DNA of 64,000 bases from an uncultured Desulfobacter sp. (GTDB lineage Bacteria > Desulfobacterota > Desulfobacteria > Desulfobacterales > Desulfobacteraceae), in NCBI GenBank assembly GCA_963665095.1, contig OY762069.1:5952001-6016000 (forward strand), in the 5' to 3' direction. The position numbers and the translations under genes are program-made. Positions 20,990 to 30,845 of the stretch are shown here, in pieces. The notes below the pieces were generated by a model. It was not told where the DNA came from. It ran no database searches and saw only the letters and a list, made by a program, of their open reading frames with translations. How positions within the stretch are numbered: position 1 is the first letter of the stretch; the number at the start of each line of letters is the position of its first letter.

Positions 20990-21022
20990 ATGTACCCGGA
21001 AAAAAACTTTTTCCGGGTACAT
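20990..21022. terminator. Bidirectional terminator between the convergent kinase and ppaC genes
   Basis: atgtacccggaaaaa...tttttccgggtacat inverted repeat. Confidence 0.75.
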
Positions 21023-21079
21023 AATTATCAGGCTGTCTGCCGGATTAAGGGCTGACAAAACCTGTAATCGGCAAGCTGA

Positions 21080-22000
21080 TTAACCGAAAACTTTTTCCAG
21101 GAAAGGAATGATCTGTTTTTTGCGGCTCATGATGCCGGGCAGCCAGCATTTGCCGTCAACCGGTTTTTCGCCAAAGGCTTTTTCAACCACAGATTCGTCG
21201 TCAGAAGCCACGAGAAGCTCGGTGCCTTCTTTCATGATGTCAGTGAGCATCAGAAGAACTGTGTGATGTCCTTTTTCTGCTTTCATGGCCTGGATGTCTT
21301 TTTCAAGATCAGCTTTGATACCGTCAACGATGGAGAGGTCAACCAGTTCGAGCTGTCCGCAGCCAACGCCGGAGCCGCCCATGTTGAAGTCTTTGTAGTC
21401 GCGCAGAACCAGCTCGCGGATCGGGGTGCCTTCCACTGCAGATTTAACCTTGAACATTTCAATGCCCAGGGTATCAAGATCAGATTCGCCACAGATTTCA
21501 GACAGTTTTGCGCAGACTTCTTTGTCTTTGTCTGTGCAGGTGGCGGATTTGAAGATAACAGTGTCGGACAGGATGGCGCACAGCATGGCACCGGCAACGC
21601 CCTTGGGGATTTCAACGTTGAAGTAGTCGTACATGGACGCAATTACGGTACAGGTGCAGCCAACAGGCCAGATCCAGCATTCCAGGGGCTGTCCGGTGGT
21701 GACATCACCCAGTTTGTGATGGTCAACAATGCCCAGGATGTTGGCGTCGCCCAGATCGTCAGGGCTCTGTGCCAGGTCGGAATGATCCACCAGATAAACA
21801 TCTTTGCCGGCATAGCTGGTGACAACTTCAGGTGCTGTCAGACCAAATTTGTCCAGAACAAATTTTGATTCCGGGTTCAGTTCGCCCTGTACGGCAGGGG
21901 CGATATCTTCACCAAGGCTTTTTTTCAGATCAGCCAGCGCAATGGCGGCGACCACGGAGTCGGTATCCGGGTTTTTGTGACCAAATACAAGAGTTGACAT
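21080..22000 (-). CDS. ppaC: Manganese-dependent inorganic pyrophosphatase (family II, no CBS insert)
   Basis: GHKNPDTDS, LVDH, IVDHH, AILSDT, SRKKQ motifs. Confidence 0.95.
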   Translation of the reverse strand: MSTLVFGHKNPDTDSVVAAIALADLKKSLGEDIAPAVQGELNPESKFVLDKFGLTAPEVVTSYAGKDVYLVDHSDLAQSPDDLGDANILGIVDHHKLGDVTTGQPLECWIWPVGCTCTVIASMYDYFNVEIPKGVAGAMLCAILSDTVIFKSATCTDKDKEVCAKLSEICGESDLDTLGIEMFKVKSAVEGTPIRELVLRDYKDFNMGGSGVGCGQLELVDLSIVDGIKADLEKDIQAMKAEKGHHTVLLMLTDIMKEGTELLVASDDESVVEKAFGEKPVDGKCWLPGIMSRKKQIIPFLEKVFG

Positions 22001-22517
22001 AAAACCTCCTATAGTTTTTGTCGCAGGGTTATAATGCTAATCCTAAAAGATGGCCCTGCCCACCATGGGCAGCCATCAATTTAATTCTAAAATTAATACC
22101 ATCAATACCACCTGTAGCTTATAGAATTTATCAGCTTCAACCTCAAGTAAAATTTAAAAAAACAAAGGCCGGATATGACATCTTTTAAGTAGTCTCACAC
22201 ACTGTTTCTTTGAGATGCATGACGCTCCAGGCATTTCAGCACTTCCTGAGATAAAAATATATCCATAAATATCTGTCCATTGGTGTCGCCATTTCAAAGG
22301 GCGGGTCAAAGGCGAGCCTATGGGGAAATATCCTTGATGATAGTTTTTAAAAACAGGGGGTTGAAAATTTTGAATTTTTCTTGATCCATGTTCAAAAAAT
22401 GGATAGTATTTATTTAACCTTATCTGGCTGCATAAGCATTTCATAGCATTTCATAAAATGCTGCGTAATCATTAGTACCCGCTCATTCGCAGTGTTAACC
22501 TTAATTTAGGAGAAAAA

Positions 22518-22880
22518 ATGGCTGAAATTTTATTGATTGATGATTCCTGGCTGACCAGACGAGTGCTGAAAACGATGATTACCAATTCCGGCCATACAGT
22601 GATAGAGGCCGATAACGGTGAAAAGGCCCTGGATATGATCCGAACCGGGACACGACCTGACTGCATTATTCTGGATCTTCTTATGCCCGAGATGGATGGG
22701 TATGAAGTGCTGATTGAATTAAAGGAAATGGGTTCGACCGTGCCGGTTATTGTATGGAGTGCTGATATCCAGAATACAGCCAGGTCAAAATGTACAGACC
22801 TGGGCGCTGTAAATTTTTTGAATAAACCACCAGAAGCCCGGGAGGTTAATTCCGTTATTAAAAAGGTACTGGTGGGGTAA
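22518..22880 (+). CDS. Single-domain response regulator (CheY-like)
   Basis: LIDDS, ILDLLMP.MDG, SAD and KP motifs. Confidence 0.9.
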   Translation: MAEILLIDDSWLTRRVLKTMITNSGHTVIEADNGEKALDMIRTGTRPDCIILDLLMPEMDGYEVLIELKEMGSTVPVIVWSADIQNTARSKCTDLGAVNFLNKPPEAREVNSVIKKVLVG

Positions 22881-23221
22881 TGCTTGATCCGGCAAACATG
22901 CTGAATATGAGTGAAAGGCAGGTCGAGAAAATAGTTTCAAAAAGAGAATGCCAAGGTCTGAAAAAATATTTTTAGGTCTTTTGTGTTCTGCTTATTTGTC
23001 TTCGTTAGGTTGGATTATGTGTCAGGCTATGTTGGTTTGGTTCAAAACGGCTGTTTATCGTGCCTGTGGCCAGCTGTTTGAAAAGAAAAAGAACTCAATA
23101 TTCCGAAAATCAAATAAAAAGGGCCGAAATAGCCTCTATGTTCAGTATGGAATATTCTGTTTATTTTAAAAAAAATATGTAATATCGAATAGTTATAAAA
23201 TATAATACCAAGTCACTTTTC

Positions 23222-23237
23222 TGGTACTCATCCTGCA
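23222..23237 (+). promoter_or_regulatory. Putative sigma-54 promoter
   Basis: TGGTACTCATCCTGCA: GG-N10-GC spacing, upstream of the DUF418-like gene. Confidence 0.5.
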
Positions 23238-23321
23238 AACCTTTTCGCCTCGTTAAGCTGTTATCACGCAGGTGCTGTCAGACCTGCCATTTAACAACTA
23301 TAACCCGGCAGGTAAGCGGGT

Positions 23322-24491
23322 TTGCAGCAACCAGGAAAGCGCATTTTGATATCATTTTTCCGTCCGGATACTTCAAAGAAAGCAGTCGGCAGAGTCGTGG
23401 GGTATGACATGGCAAGGGGGGTTGCCATATTTGCCATGCTGATCATTGATTTTCAAACCTTTTTTTCGGTGTGTGACACCTTTCCGTCCTGGCTTTTCCG
23501 AGTGGTGGAATACATGGACCGAAGGGCTGCCGTTGTTCTGGTGATTGTTTCCGGAGCGGGTTTAAGTCTGATGTTCCGCAGGGCCGGTATACAACAAAAC
23601 AGAAAGCCACTTTTAAAGCGGGCGGTATTCCTGTTACTGGCCGGTGCTCTTCTGGTGCAGATATGGCGGGCAGACATTCTCCACTATTATGGTGCGTTTA
23701 TTATCATTGGTATTTTCCTTTCCAGGCTTTCCAGCCCCCAGCTTCTGGTTGCTGCCTTTGCAGCCTGGCTGGCAGGGCTGATCCAGATGGTTGATCCGGC
23801 CATCAATTGTCTGGAAAGCCTGCCTTTATTGAGTCTGTCCGGTCAAGTTTCCGACCTGTTGTTTACCGGTTATTATCCTTTATTTCCATGGGCGGCGCTT
23901 TATATCTTCGGCATGTGGCTGGGCCGGCAGAATGTGGCTGATCCGGTTTTTCAATTCAGGCTTCTTGCCGCAGGTCTTGGTCTGGTCGTGTTATCTGAGT
24001 GTGCAAGCCTGTTTCTCCCCGGAGCAATCGGTCGTATGTCTCTGAATGTTGGTTATTCCGGAGAGCAGGTGACTGGAATTTTGGGGGTGGCTGTCAGGGC
24101 AACCTGGATTGACCTGAGCGCCTCTACGCCGCTATCCGTCATTTCGGGACTGGGAACCGGGATCTGTGTGGTTGTGATCAGCTTTGTACTGTCCGGATTC
24201 GCAGGGTATTCCCTGCCAGCCTGTTTTATTACAGCCGGGAAAAATACTCTTTCTTTGTATGTGCTGCACATTCTTTTTATCCGGATGGTCGAATATCTGC
24301 CCGGCATCAGGGAGGACTATCCTCTTTTACCGGTCCTGGGCGCTGCGGTTCTGTTTTTTATGGTATATATGCGCCTGACAAGGTGGTGGTTGAAGACCCA
24401 CCCCAACGGCCCACTTGAATGGGCCATGCGTCATTTTCCCTATGTAAATGAAAAATGGCTCTGGCCTGGGCCGGCGGCGCAGAAAAGCTGA
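23322..24491 (+). CDS. DUF418/DUF1624-type polytopic membrane protein (acyltransferase-like)
   Basis: R..GYD.ARG.AI..M, DILHYYG, YP.FPW, TLSLYVLH, GPLEW.MR motifs. Start codon uncertain. Confidence 0.75.
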   Translation: MQQPGKRILISFFRPDTSKKAVGRVVGYDMARGVAIFAMLIIDFQTFFSVCDTFPSWLFRVVEYMDRRAAVVLVIVSGAGLSLMFRRAGIQQNRKPLLKRAVFLLLAGALLVQIWRADILHYYGAFIIIGIFLSRLSSPQLLVAAFAAWLAGLIQMVDPAINCLESLPLLSLSGQVSDLLFTGYYPLFPWAALYIFGMWLGRQNVADPVFQFRLLAAGLGLVVLSECASLFLPGAIGRMSLNVGYSGEQVTGILGVAVRATWIDLSASTPLSVISGLGTGICVVVISFVLSGFAGYSLPACFITAGKNTLSLYVLHILFIRMVEYLPGIREDYPLLPVLGAAVLFFMVYMRLTRWWLKTHPNGPLEWAMRHFPYVNEKWLWPGPAAQKS

Positions 24492-24584
24492 TAACAGCCA
24501 GGCCCGGCAGCAGATAAGCGGCCGGGCCTGGTGGTCAGTGCCTGGTTGAGGAAATCTCTGGATTGGAACAGCTATCCGTGCACT

Positions 24585-26333
24585 CTATTTCTCCCGAAGT
24601 TCCCGGCGCAGCACTTTGCCGATATTGGATACCGGAATATTGTCTCTGAATTCAATGGCCCTGGGTCGTTTGTAACCGGCCATATTCTCCCTGCAGAAAG
24701 CCATGATCTCTTCTTCAGTGGCGGTTTGACCCTCTTTAAGCTTAATAAACGCCTTTACCGTTTCTCCGCTGTGTTTATTTGCCACGCCCACAACGGCGCA
24801 TAATTCCACTTTGGGGTGGGTATACAGGATATCCTCCACATCCCTGGGATAGACATTAAACCCGCCCACAATGATCATATCTTTTTTTCTGTCCGTGATA
24901 ACAATATATCCGTCCTCGTCAATATGACCAATGTCGCCGGTGAGAAAATACCGCTTGCCTTCAAGGGTGACAAAGACCTGGTCATTGGCATCCGGCCGGT
25001 TCCAGTATCCTTTCATGACCTGGGGACCGCAGGCTGCCACCTCACCGTCTTCGCCCCTGGGCATCTCCTTTGTGGGGTCTTCAATATTAAGGATTTTGAT
25101 GTCCGTACCGGGCAGGGGAAATCCAATGGAACCGATTTTTCTGGTATCCCGGTTGGTGGGATTGGCAGACAGCACGGGTGCTGTTTCCGTCAGGCCATAC
25201 CCTTCAAAGATGACAGACCCGGTTTTTTCCTCAAACTGGCGGCAGACATCCGGCGGCATGGGTGCCCCGCCTGAAAAACATCCCATCAGGGAAGAGAGAT
25301 CATAGTCGTCAAGTTTGGCATGGTTGGTAAAGGCCACAAAAATTGTGGGCACTGCCGGCATGAGTGTGGGGCGGTACTTCTGGACTGCTTTGAGGACCTC
25401 GGTAAAGGGCGGGTTGCCTGCCCGGGGGTCGGGGATGCAGATCAGGCGGCTGCCGGAGCCGGCTGCGCTTAGCATGGCCACGGAAATGCCGAAGCTGTGG
25501 TACCAGGGAAGAATGCCTAAAAAACAGTGATATCCGCCGGGGTAGGATTTTTCCAGGGGCCTGCCTTCACCATGGGAGAGCCGCAGGTATTCCATGAGCG
25601 CTGCTGCCTGGTAGGTGAAGTTGGTGTGCACAAGCTCAGCCCCTTTGGGAATGCCGGTGGTGCCGCCGGTATAGAGCATCACGGCCGTGTCGTTTTCCGG
25701 ATCAATGGTGACCTGGGGCGGTTCGGGCCTGGATTGGGCAATCATATCATCAAACATGATATGCCCGGGTTCATGATGATCCGCTTTGGGCAGTTTTCCT
25801 AAGAGACCGCCAATAAACGATTGAAGTTTTGGCAGATAGCTTTTGATGTTGCAGATCACCACGGTTTTAACCTCTGTCCCTTCAATGGCTTTCACCGTAT
25901 TGGGATAAAAGGTGGGGTGATCCATGCAGAAAACCATTTTGGCTGTGGAATCATTCAGCTGCTGCCTGAGCTCCGATGGTGTGTAGATCGGGTTACAGTT
26001 CACTGCCACGGCACCGGCTTTGGTGATACCGAACAGAATTTCAGGAAAATGGGGCAGGTTGGGCAGAAAAATGGCAACCTTGTCACCTTTTTGAATGCCT
26101 TTCTGTGCCAGAAAAAAAGCGATGCGGTCTGCTGTATCCTTTACCTGTGCAAAGGTCTTTTTTGCCCCGTTGAATATGGTGAAGACCTTGTCGGGATAAC
26201 GGGATGCTGAGTCATCCAGAAGTTTAAAAACGGGAAAGTGATAGTCGGTAACCTCTCGGGCGACACCTTCGGGCCAGAGTGGGGTATTCCAGGGACCGGC
26301 TGCCATGTTTGCCTGGTTTGTCTGCGCTGCCAT
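24585..26333 (-). CDS. Long-chain fatty acid--CoA ligase
   Basis: YTGGTTGIPKG, EGYGLTE, TGDIG, DRKKDMI, GKVLRR motifs. Confidence 0.92.
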   Translation of the reverse strand: MAAQTNQANMAAGPWNTPLWPEGVAREVTDYHFPVFKLLDDSASRYPDKVFTIFNGAKKTFAQVKDTADRIAFFLAQKGIQKGDKVAIFLPNLPHFPEILFGITKAGAVAVNCNPIYTPSELRQQLNDSTAKMVFCMDHPTFYPNTVKAIEGTEVKTVVICNIKSYLPKLQSFIGGLLGKLPKADHHEPGHIMFDDMIAQSRPEPPQVTIDPENDTAVMLYTGGTTGIPKGAELVHTNFTYQAAALMEYLRLSHGEGRPLEKSYPGGYHCFLGILPWYHSFGISVAMLSAAGSGSRLICIPDPRAGNPPFTEVLKAVQKYRPTLMPAVPTIFVAFTNHAKLDDYDLSSLMGCFSGGAPMPPDVCRQFEEKTGSVIFEGYGLTETAPVLSANPTNRDTRKIGSIGFPLPGTDIKILNIEDPTKEMPRGEDGEVAACGPQVMKGYWNRPDANDQVFVTLEGKRYFLTGDIGHIDEDGYIVITDRKKDMIIVGGFNVYPRDVEDILYTHPKVELCAVVGVANKHSGETVKAFIKLKEGQTATEEEIMAFCRENMAGYKRPRAIEFRDNIPVSNIGKVLRRELREK

Positions 26334-26525
26334 GTGGGGGGACCTCCTCTTTATTGTATATCAACTGAACTGCCAAGCGTTGGGCAGTATACTGAACCGT
26401 TTAAGGGCCGATCAAATATACATAATGAGCAATGTAGATACGTTTATATCTTGATGACCGGCGTTTGCCAAATAATTTTTTCAATTTTTTGTTGCGATTA
26501 AACCATATTTACTATATTTAAATAT

Positions 26526-26545
26526 AAAAAATATGCATATTTTTT
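26526..26545. promoter_or_regulatory. Perfect 20-bp palindrome, candidate TetR operator
   Basis: AAAAAATATGCATATTTTTT in the divergent CoA-ligase/TetR intergenic region. Confidence 0.5.
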
Positions 26546-26574
26546 GATAGTAATTTCATATTAAGGAGAGGGGC

Positions 26575-27315
26575 ATGAAAATCAGCCAAAATAAAAAGCT
26601 TGAAAATCGGCGTAAAATTATTGCCGCACTGGTGGATATGGTCATTGAAAAAGATCTGAAGAACGCCACCATGCGCGGTATTGCCAAAAAAGCGGGCGTG
26701 GGGGATGCCACTATCTATAATTATTTCCCAACCAAAGACGCCATGGTCTATGCCTATTACGAAGACCGACTGGATCAGGCCATTGATACCCTGCGGGCCA
26801 TTCCTGATTTTAATACCTATTCTTTCCAGGAACAGTTACAGACCTTTTTTGAAACCCAGCTTGAGATACTGATTGCCGACCGGGAGTTCCTGGAAAATAC
26901 ATTTAAGACCGCTTTTTTCACCCTGAGCCAGGATTATGCCCGGATCAAACCGGTCAAGGAGAAGTTTATCAGTGTGATCCGTGATATCTTTGAGGCTGCC
27001 ATTGAGGCCAGGGAGATTGATGACCAGGTGTTTCTGGATCTTTCTTTGCAGATGTTCTGGGAATACTATATTGGTATTATCATCTACTGGCTGAAGGATG
27101 ATTCAGATATGTTCTCATCCACTACCCTGCTCATCGACAAAAGCCTGGATATTGCTTCCGCCTCCATCAAAGCCGGAATCGGCAATAAAATTTTTGATAT
27201 GGGGATGCTGCTGTTCAAAAATCATTTTCTGTCCAGAATGGATGTCATCCGGGAGCGGGTGGATCTTGTTCATGGCATTAAACGTAAATTCATGGATGGG
27301 GTGAATGACAAATAA
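26575..27315 (+). CDS. TetR family transcriptional regulator
   Basis: ATMRGIAKKAGVGDATIYNYFPTK helix-turn-helix. Confidence 0.9.
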   Translation: MKISQNKKLENRRKIIAALVDMVIEKDLKNATMRGIAKKAGVGDATIYNYFPTKDAMVYAYYEDRLDQAIDTLRAIPDFNTYSFQEQLQTFFETQLEILIADREFLENTFKTAFFTLSQDYARIKPVKEKFISVIRDIFEAAIEAREIDDQVFLDLSLQMFWEYYIGIIIYWLKDDSDMFSSTTLLIDKSLDIASASIKAGIGNKIFDMGMLLFKNHFLSRMDVIRERVDLVHGIKRKFMDGVNDK

Positions 27316-28651
27316 AACAGGGTCCGATAACACACACACACAGAAAATCCCTAAGACCCGTCTCGAACGGGGGCTTTCTTCAACAAAAATTGCGGCCAGA
27401 ATCGGTACAAATCAGGTGCGTTATCTGATGAAACGACCCTTTTTATCAAAGGAGGGTCGTAACACCTCCCGGGAACAGCGGGACCGGGAAAATGCCCAAA
27501 CCCTTTTCAACGGCCTGGCCCTGCTCAAGGGGACTGCGCTGAAAGCCGCGCAGATGCTCAGCTTTGAACATGAATTGCTGCCCAAAGCCTTTCAGACGGA
27601 GCTGGAAAAATCCTACTACCAGGTGCCGCCTATTAACCGGGCCCTGGTGCGTAAACTGATTACCACAAGCCTTCATGAGGCGCCTGAAAATCTGTTTTCC
27701 CGGTTTGACACCAAGGCATTTGCCGCGGCAAGCCTGGGTCAGGTTCACAGGGCTGTTTCAAAAGAGGGTCTGGATCTGGCTGTAAAAATTCAGTATCCGG
27801 ACATGAGAAAGACCATTGACGGGGATATCCAGATGCTGGGGATGCTGGCCCGGCCCATGGCTGACTTTAAGCTGATTAAACCGGCCCTGGATGAAATCAG
27901 GGATGTGCTGCTGGCAGAGACAGATTACCTTCAGGAGACTGAAAATATAGAATTCTTCAGGACACACCTGAACATGGACCGGGTAACAATCCCAACCCCG
28001 GATCCCTCTTTGTCATCGGACCGGGTGCTTACCATGTCTTTTCTGGACGGGCAGATCTTAAGCCAGTGGCTGAAAACGAATCCTTCTCAGGAGGCACGCA
28101 ACCAGGTGGCCCAGACCCTGAACGATATATTCATCCGCAGTTTTTATGAACTCAATGTGGTGCATGCCGATCCCAATCCGGGCAATTTTCTGGTCCGGGA
28201 CAATCTTTGCGTTGGTCTGCTGGATTTCGGCTGCATCCGCCGGGTGCGCCCTGAATTTGTGGCCCAGTACCAGGAGCTGATTCAGCTGGACGGCACCCGG
28301 GAAGGATACCTGGATCTGTTGACCCGGATGAATTTTATCTCAAAGGATCTGGCACCCCAGGCCACCCGGGAGGTGCTTTCCGCTGTGATAGAGATGGGGA
28401 CCTGGCTGAAACAGTTGTTCCAGAAGGAGTATTTTGATTTTCGTGAGCATCCAGATTTCATTGCCCGGGGCCGAAGGCTTGGTGCTGAATTTCACCGGCT
28501 CAGCCGCCACATCAAGGGGTTTCCCCCGGAACTGGTATTCCTTGACCGGACCCGTTACGGGCTGACGCGGCTGTATGAACAGATGGGGGTAAAAATCCGG
28601 CTTCGAAACCACTACGAGTTCAACGATGGTATAAGGGCATCATCCACCTGA
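27305..28651 (+). CDS. AarF/ABC1/UbiB family atypical kinase
   Basis: LKG.ALK.AQ.LS, FAAASLGQVH, AVKIQYP, HADPNPGNF, LDFGC motifs. Confidence 0.92.
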   Translation: MTNKTGSDNTHTQKIPKTRLERGLSSTKIAARIGTNQVRYLMKRPFLSKEGRNTSREQRDRENAQTLFNGLALLKGTALKAAQMLSFEHELLPKAFQTELEKSYYQVPPINRALVRKLITTSLHEAPENLFSRFDTKAFAAASLGQVHRAVSKEGLDLAVKIQYPDMRKTIDGDIQMLGMLARPMADFKLIKPALDEIRDVLLAETDYLQETENIEFFRTHLNMDRVTIPTPDPSLSSDRVLTMSFLDGQILSQWLKTNPSQEARNQVAQTLNDIFIRSFYELNVVHADPNPGNFLVRDNLCVGLLDFGCIRRVRPEFVAQYQELIQLDGTREGYLDLLTRMNFISKDLAPQATREVLSAVIEMGTWLKQLFQKEYFDFREHPDFIARGRRLGAEFHRLSRHIKGFPPELVFLDRTRYGLTRLYEQMGVKIRLRNHYEFNDGIRASST

Positions 28652-28765
28652 TTTTCAGTTACGCCATGACGGGCTTTCTTTTGTTATCAATGATTGACAA
28701 AAGGAATTTTCATGGCGTAATACGAAAACAAAGAAATTACTCTTTGCCGGAAAGGGGACGCACCC

Positions 28766-29560
28766 ATGAAGATTGCCATCACTGTGAACGGAGATGATCT
28801 TGCAGCCCCGGTGAGTGACAAACCAGGGACGGCCTCTCATCTGCTGGTGATTGACCTTTCGTCCAGAGAACTGCAGGCGCTTAAAGGTTCCGGGAAACCC
28901 GGGCCGGGTACTGGTTTCCAGTTTATCGCCATGGCCGTTAATGAAGAATGCACGGCCTTTCTGACTGGCTGGGTAAACCCGGTGGGAGAACGGCAGCTTG
29001 AAGCCCGGGGCATTAAAGTGGTAACAGGCGTGACCGGGAAGGCCGCAGAAGCGATTGATCAATTTCAACGGGAATACGCGCCAGATCTGGCGGTGCCCCG
29101 GGAGAAAGCCGCTGAAGCGTTGTTTCACCTGGATTCCCATGCTCTGGCAAAAGCCTGCCGCCAGGCCTTGAGGCAGATCAGCGGCATGCTTCCAGTTATT
29201 GCTGGCGTTGTCTTCTTGACAGGCCTGGTGACCGCCTTCATTCCCCAGCATGCCCTTGTCGGATTTTTTTCGGGCGGTTTACTTCATGGCATTTTCAAAG
29301 GCGCCCTTGCAGGAAGTCTTTTTACCGGGAATCCAGCCAACAGCTACATCATCGGTGAAAAATTGCTTGACCAGGGGATTGGCATCGGCGTGGTCACTGC
29401 CCTGATATGCGCCTGGGTAACGGTGGGAATTGTGCAACTGCCCGCTGAAATTACAGCCCTTGGCCGGCGCTTTGCTGTTGCCCGAAATGTTCTGTGCTTT
29501 ATGCTCTCCATGGTTATTGCACTGGTGATGGCGAGTGTTTTCGGGACACCGGAGGGGTAG
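28766..29560 (+). CDS. NifB/NifX-like domain fused to a DUF318-type permease half
   Basis: N-terminal MKIAI...(NifX-like fold, GIKVVTG); C-terminal hydrophobic region with GNP..SY and AWVTVG.VQLPAE. Confidence 0.7.
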   Translation: MKIAITVNGDDLAAPVSDKPGTASHLLVIDLSSRELQALKGSGKPGPGTGFQFIAMAVNEECTAFLTGWVNPVGERQLEARGIKVVTGVTGKAAEAIDQFQREYAPDLAVPREKAAEALFHLDSHALAKACRQALRQISGMLPVIAGVVFLTGLVTAFIPQHALVGFFSGGLLHGIFKGALAGSLFTGNPANSYIIGEKLLDQGIGIGVVTALICAWVTVGIVQLPAEITALGRRFAVARNVLCFMLSMVIALVMASVFGTPEG

Positions 29561-29563
29561 GAC

Positions 29564-30088
29564 ATGTCGCGGCCACACAGTTCAGTCACAAAGAAAATAA
29601 AATTTCCGGGTTCCTTCAAAGGGGTGTTCTCCCTTTTGGTGGCCGCTCTCTACCTTTTCCTCTGGTGGTTGGCTCCGGAAAAAACAGCCCTGGCGCTCCA
29701 GGCAGGTGTGTCTTCTTTCTGCCGCCTGCTTTTTCCACTGTTCCTGGTATTCTGTTTCCTGGTGGTCTTGAATCTTGTCTTAACCCCGCCACAGTTTGAA
29801 ACGTTCGCAAAAAGCGGTTCAGGCGTGAAGCGAATTTTTTTTGCCGCCATTGCCGGCATCCTGTCATCAGGTCCGGTTTATGCCTGGTACCCGGTTCTCA
29901 AAGAGCTGCGGGACCGGGGAGCAGCCCCGTCACTGATGGCTGTTTTTCTTGTCAACCGGGCCGTGAAGCCGGCACTTCTGCCAATGATGATCTCTTTGTT
30001 CGGCTGGCCCTTTGTCCTGCTTTTCACCCTGTTGACCGTGGCAGCATCCCTTTGCGTGGGGTTCTGCATGGATCGCCTGTTTTCATGA
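29564..30088 (+). CDS. DUF318-type permease half
   Basis: GILSSGPVYAWYP.L..L...G and NRAVKP motifs; hydrophobic. Confidence 0.75.
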   Translation: MSRPHSSVTKKIKFPGSFKGVFSLLVAALYLFLWWLAPEKTALALQAGVSSFCRLLFPLFLVFCFLVVLNLVLTPPQFETFAKSGSGVKRIFFAAIAGILSSGPVYAWYPVLKELRDRGAAPSLMAVFLVNRAVKPALLPMMISLFGWPFVLLFTLLTVAASLCVGFCMDRLFS

Positions 30089-30120
30089 AGTGCCTCTGAG
30101 CCCGGTGGCATACCGTTCTG

Positions 30121-30642
30121 TCATTCCCCTATAAGTGTCAGCAGGCTCTCCCGGTTCTTTTCTGGCACCTTCGGGCATTGTGAGGGATTTGCAGCTCCTG
30201 TCCTTACATCCGCGGCAAATCCCATACATGATGCGTAACCACATTCCTTGCAGTTTGATCTGGGTAGAAGTTTAAAAATTTCCATTAAAGTCGGCAGCTT
30301 TTTTTGTTTAAAGTCAGGCTTGATTTTTTTCCGCCGTTCCCAGGTTTGATTGACAATATGAATCAGCTCTTCAATCGTCTGAACCCCTTTCTCCCTGGTC
30401 TCAACAGGCGCAGCTGCAATTTCTTTCGGTCTGAATGCACATTTTTGCCCTTTGGTCTCCCAAATCAGGACCCGTGAGTTGTGGTCATAGGCCGCACCTT
30501 TTAATTCGGCATTCAGGTATGGCAGGACTTCTGTAATATCATCCTGTAAACTGGCTTTTACGCTCCAGACAGGAGCGCCGGGAACGCATGGTGGCTCGAT
30601 CAGTTCCAAAGCATAACTGCTGATCAATTGATTCATTTCCAT
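30121..30642 (-). CDS. Fe-S cluster-binding protein (C-terminal FeS domain)
   Basis: LP.SNCKECGYASCMGFA...CP motif. Confidence 0.8.
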   Translation of the reverse strand: MEMNQLISSYALELIEPPCVPGAPVWSVKASLQDDITEVLPYLNAELKGAAYDHNSRVLIWETKGQKCAFRPKEIAAAPVETREKGVQTIEELIHIVNQTWERRKKIKPDFKQKKLPTLMEIFKLLPRSNCKECGYASCMGFAADVRTGAANPSQCPKVPEKNRESLLTLIGE

Positions 30643-30845
30643 TTTTCATCCTTTATTTCAGGGGTGCCTGGCAGAGATAATCAGGTCGTTCACATTGGTG
30701 TCATTATAAAAGATCGTACCTGATTCAGGTGTGTTAAACCCGATCAACGAACGGCTCCGTGTTGGTTTTTCGGGGATTTTTCCACCTAAAGCGGCCCTTT
30801 TGTGCACATAATGAAGCTGCCACAAAGAAAGACCGGTAATCACAC

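Noticed and set aside
22154..22444. 96-aa minus-strand ORF and an LSIGVA (GGDEF-like) peptide on the plus strand
   Set aside because: AT-rich intergenic sequence with no RBS or family motifs; the peptide is too short and bounded by stops.
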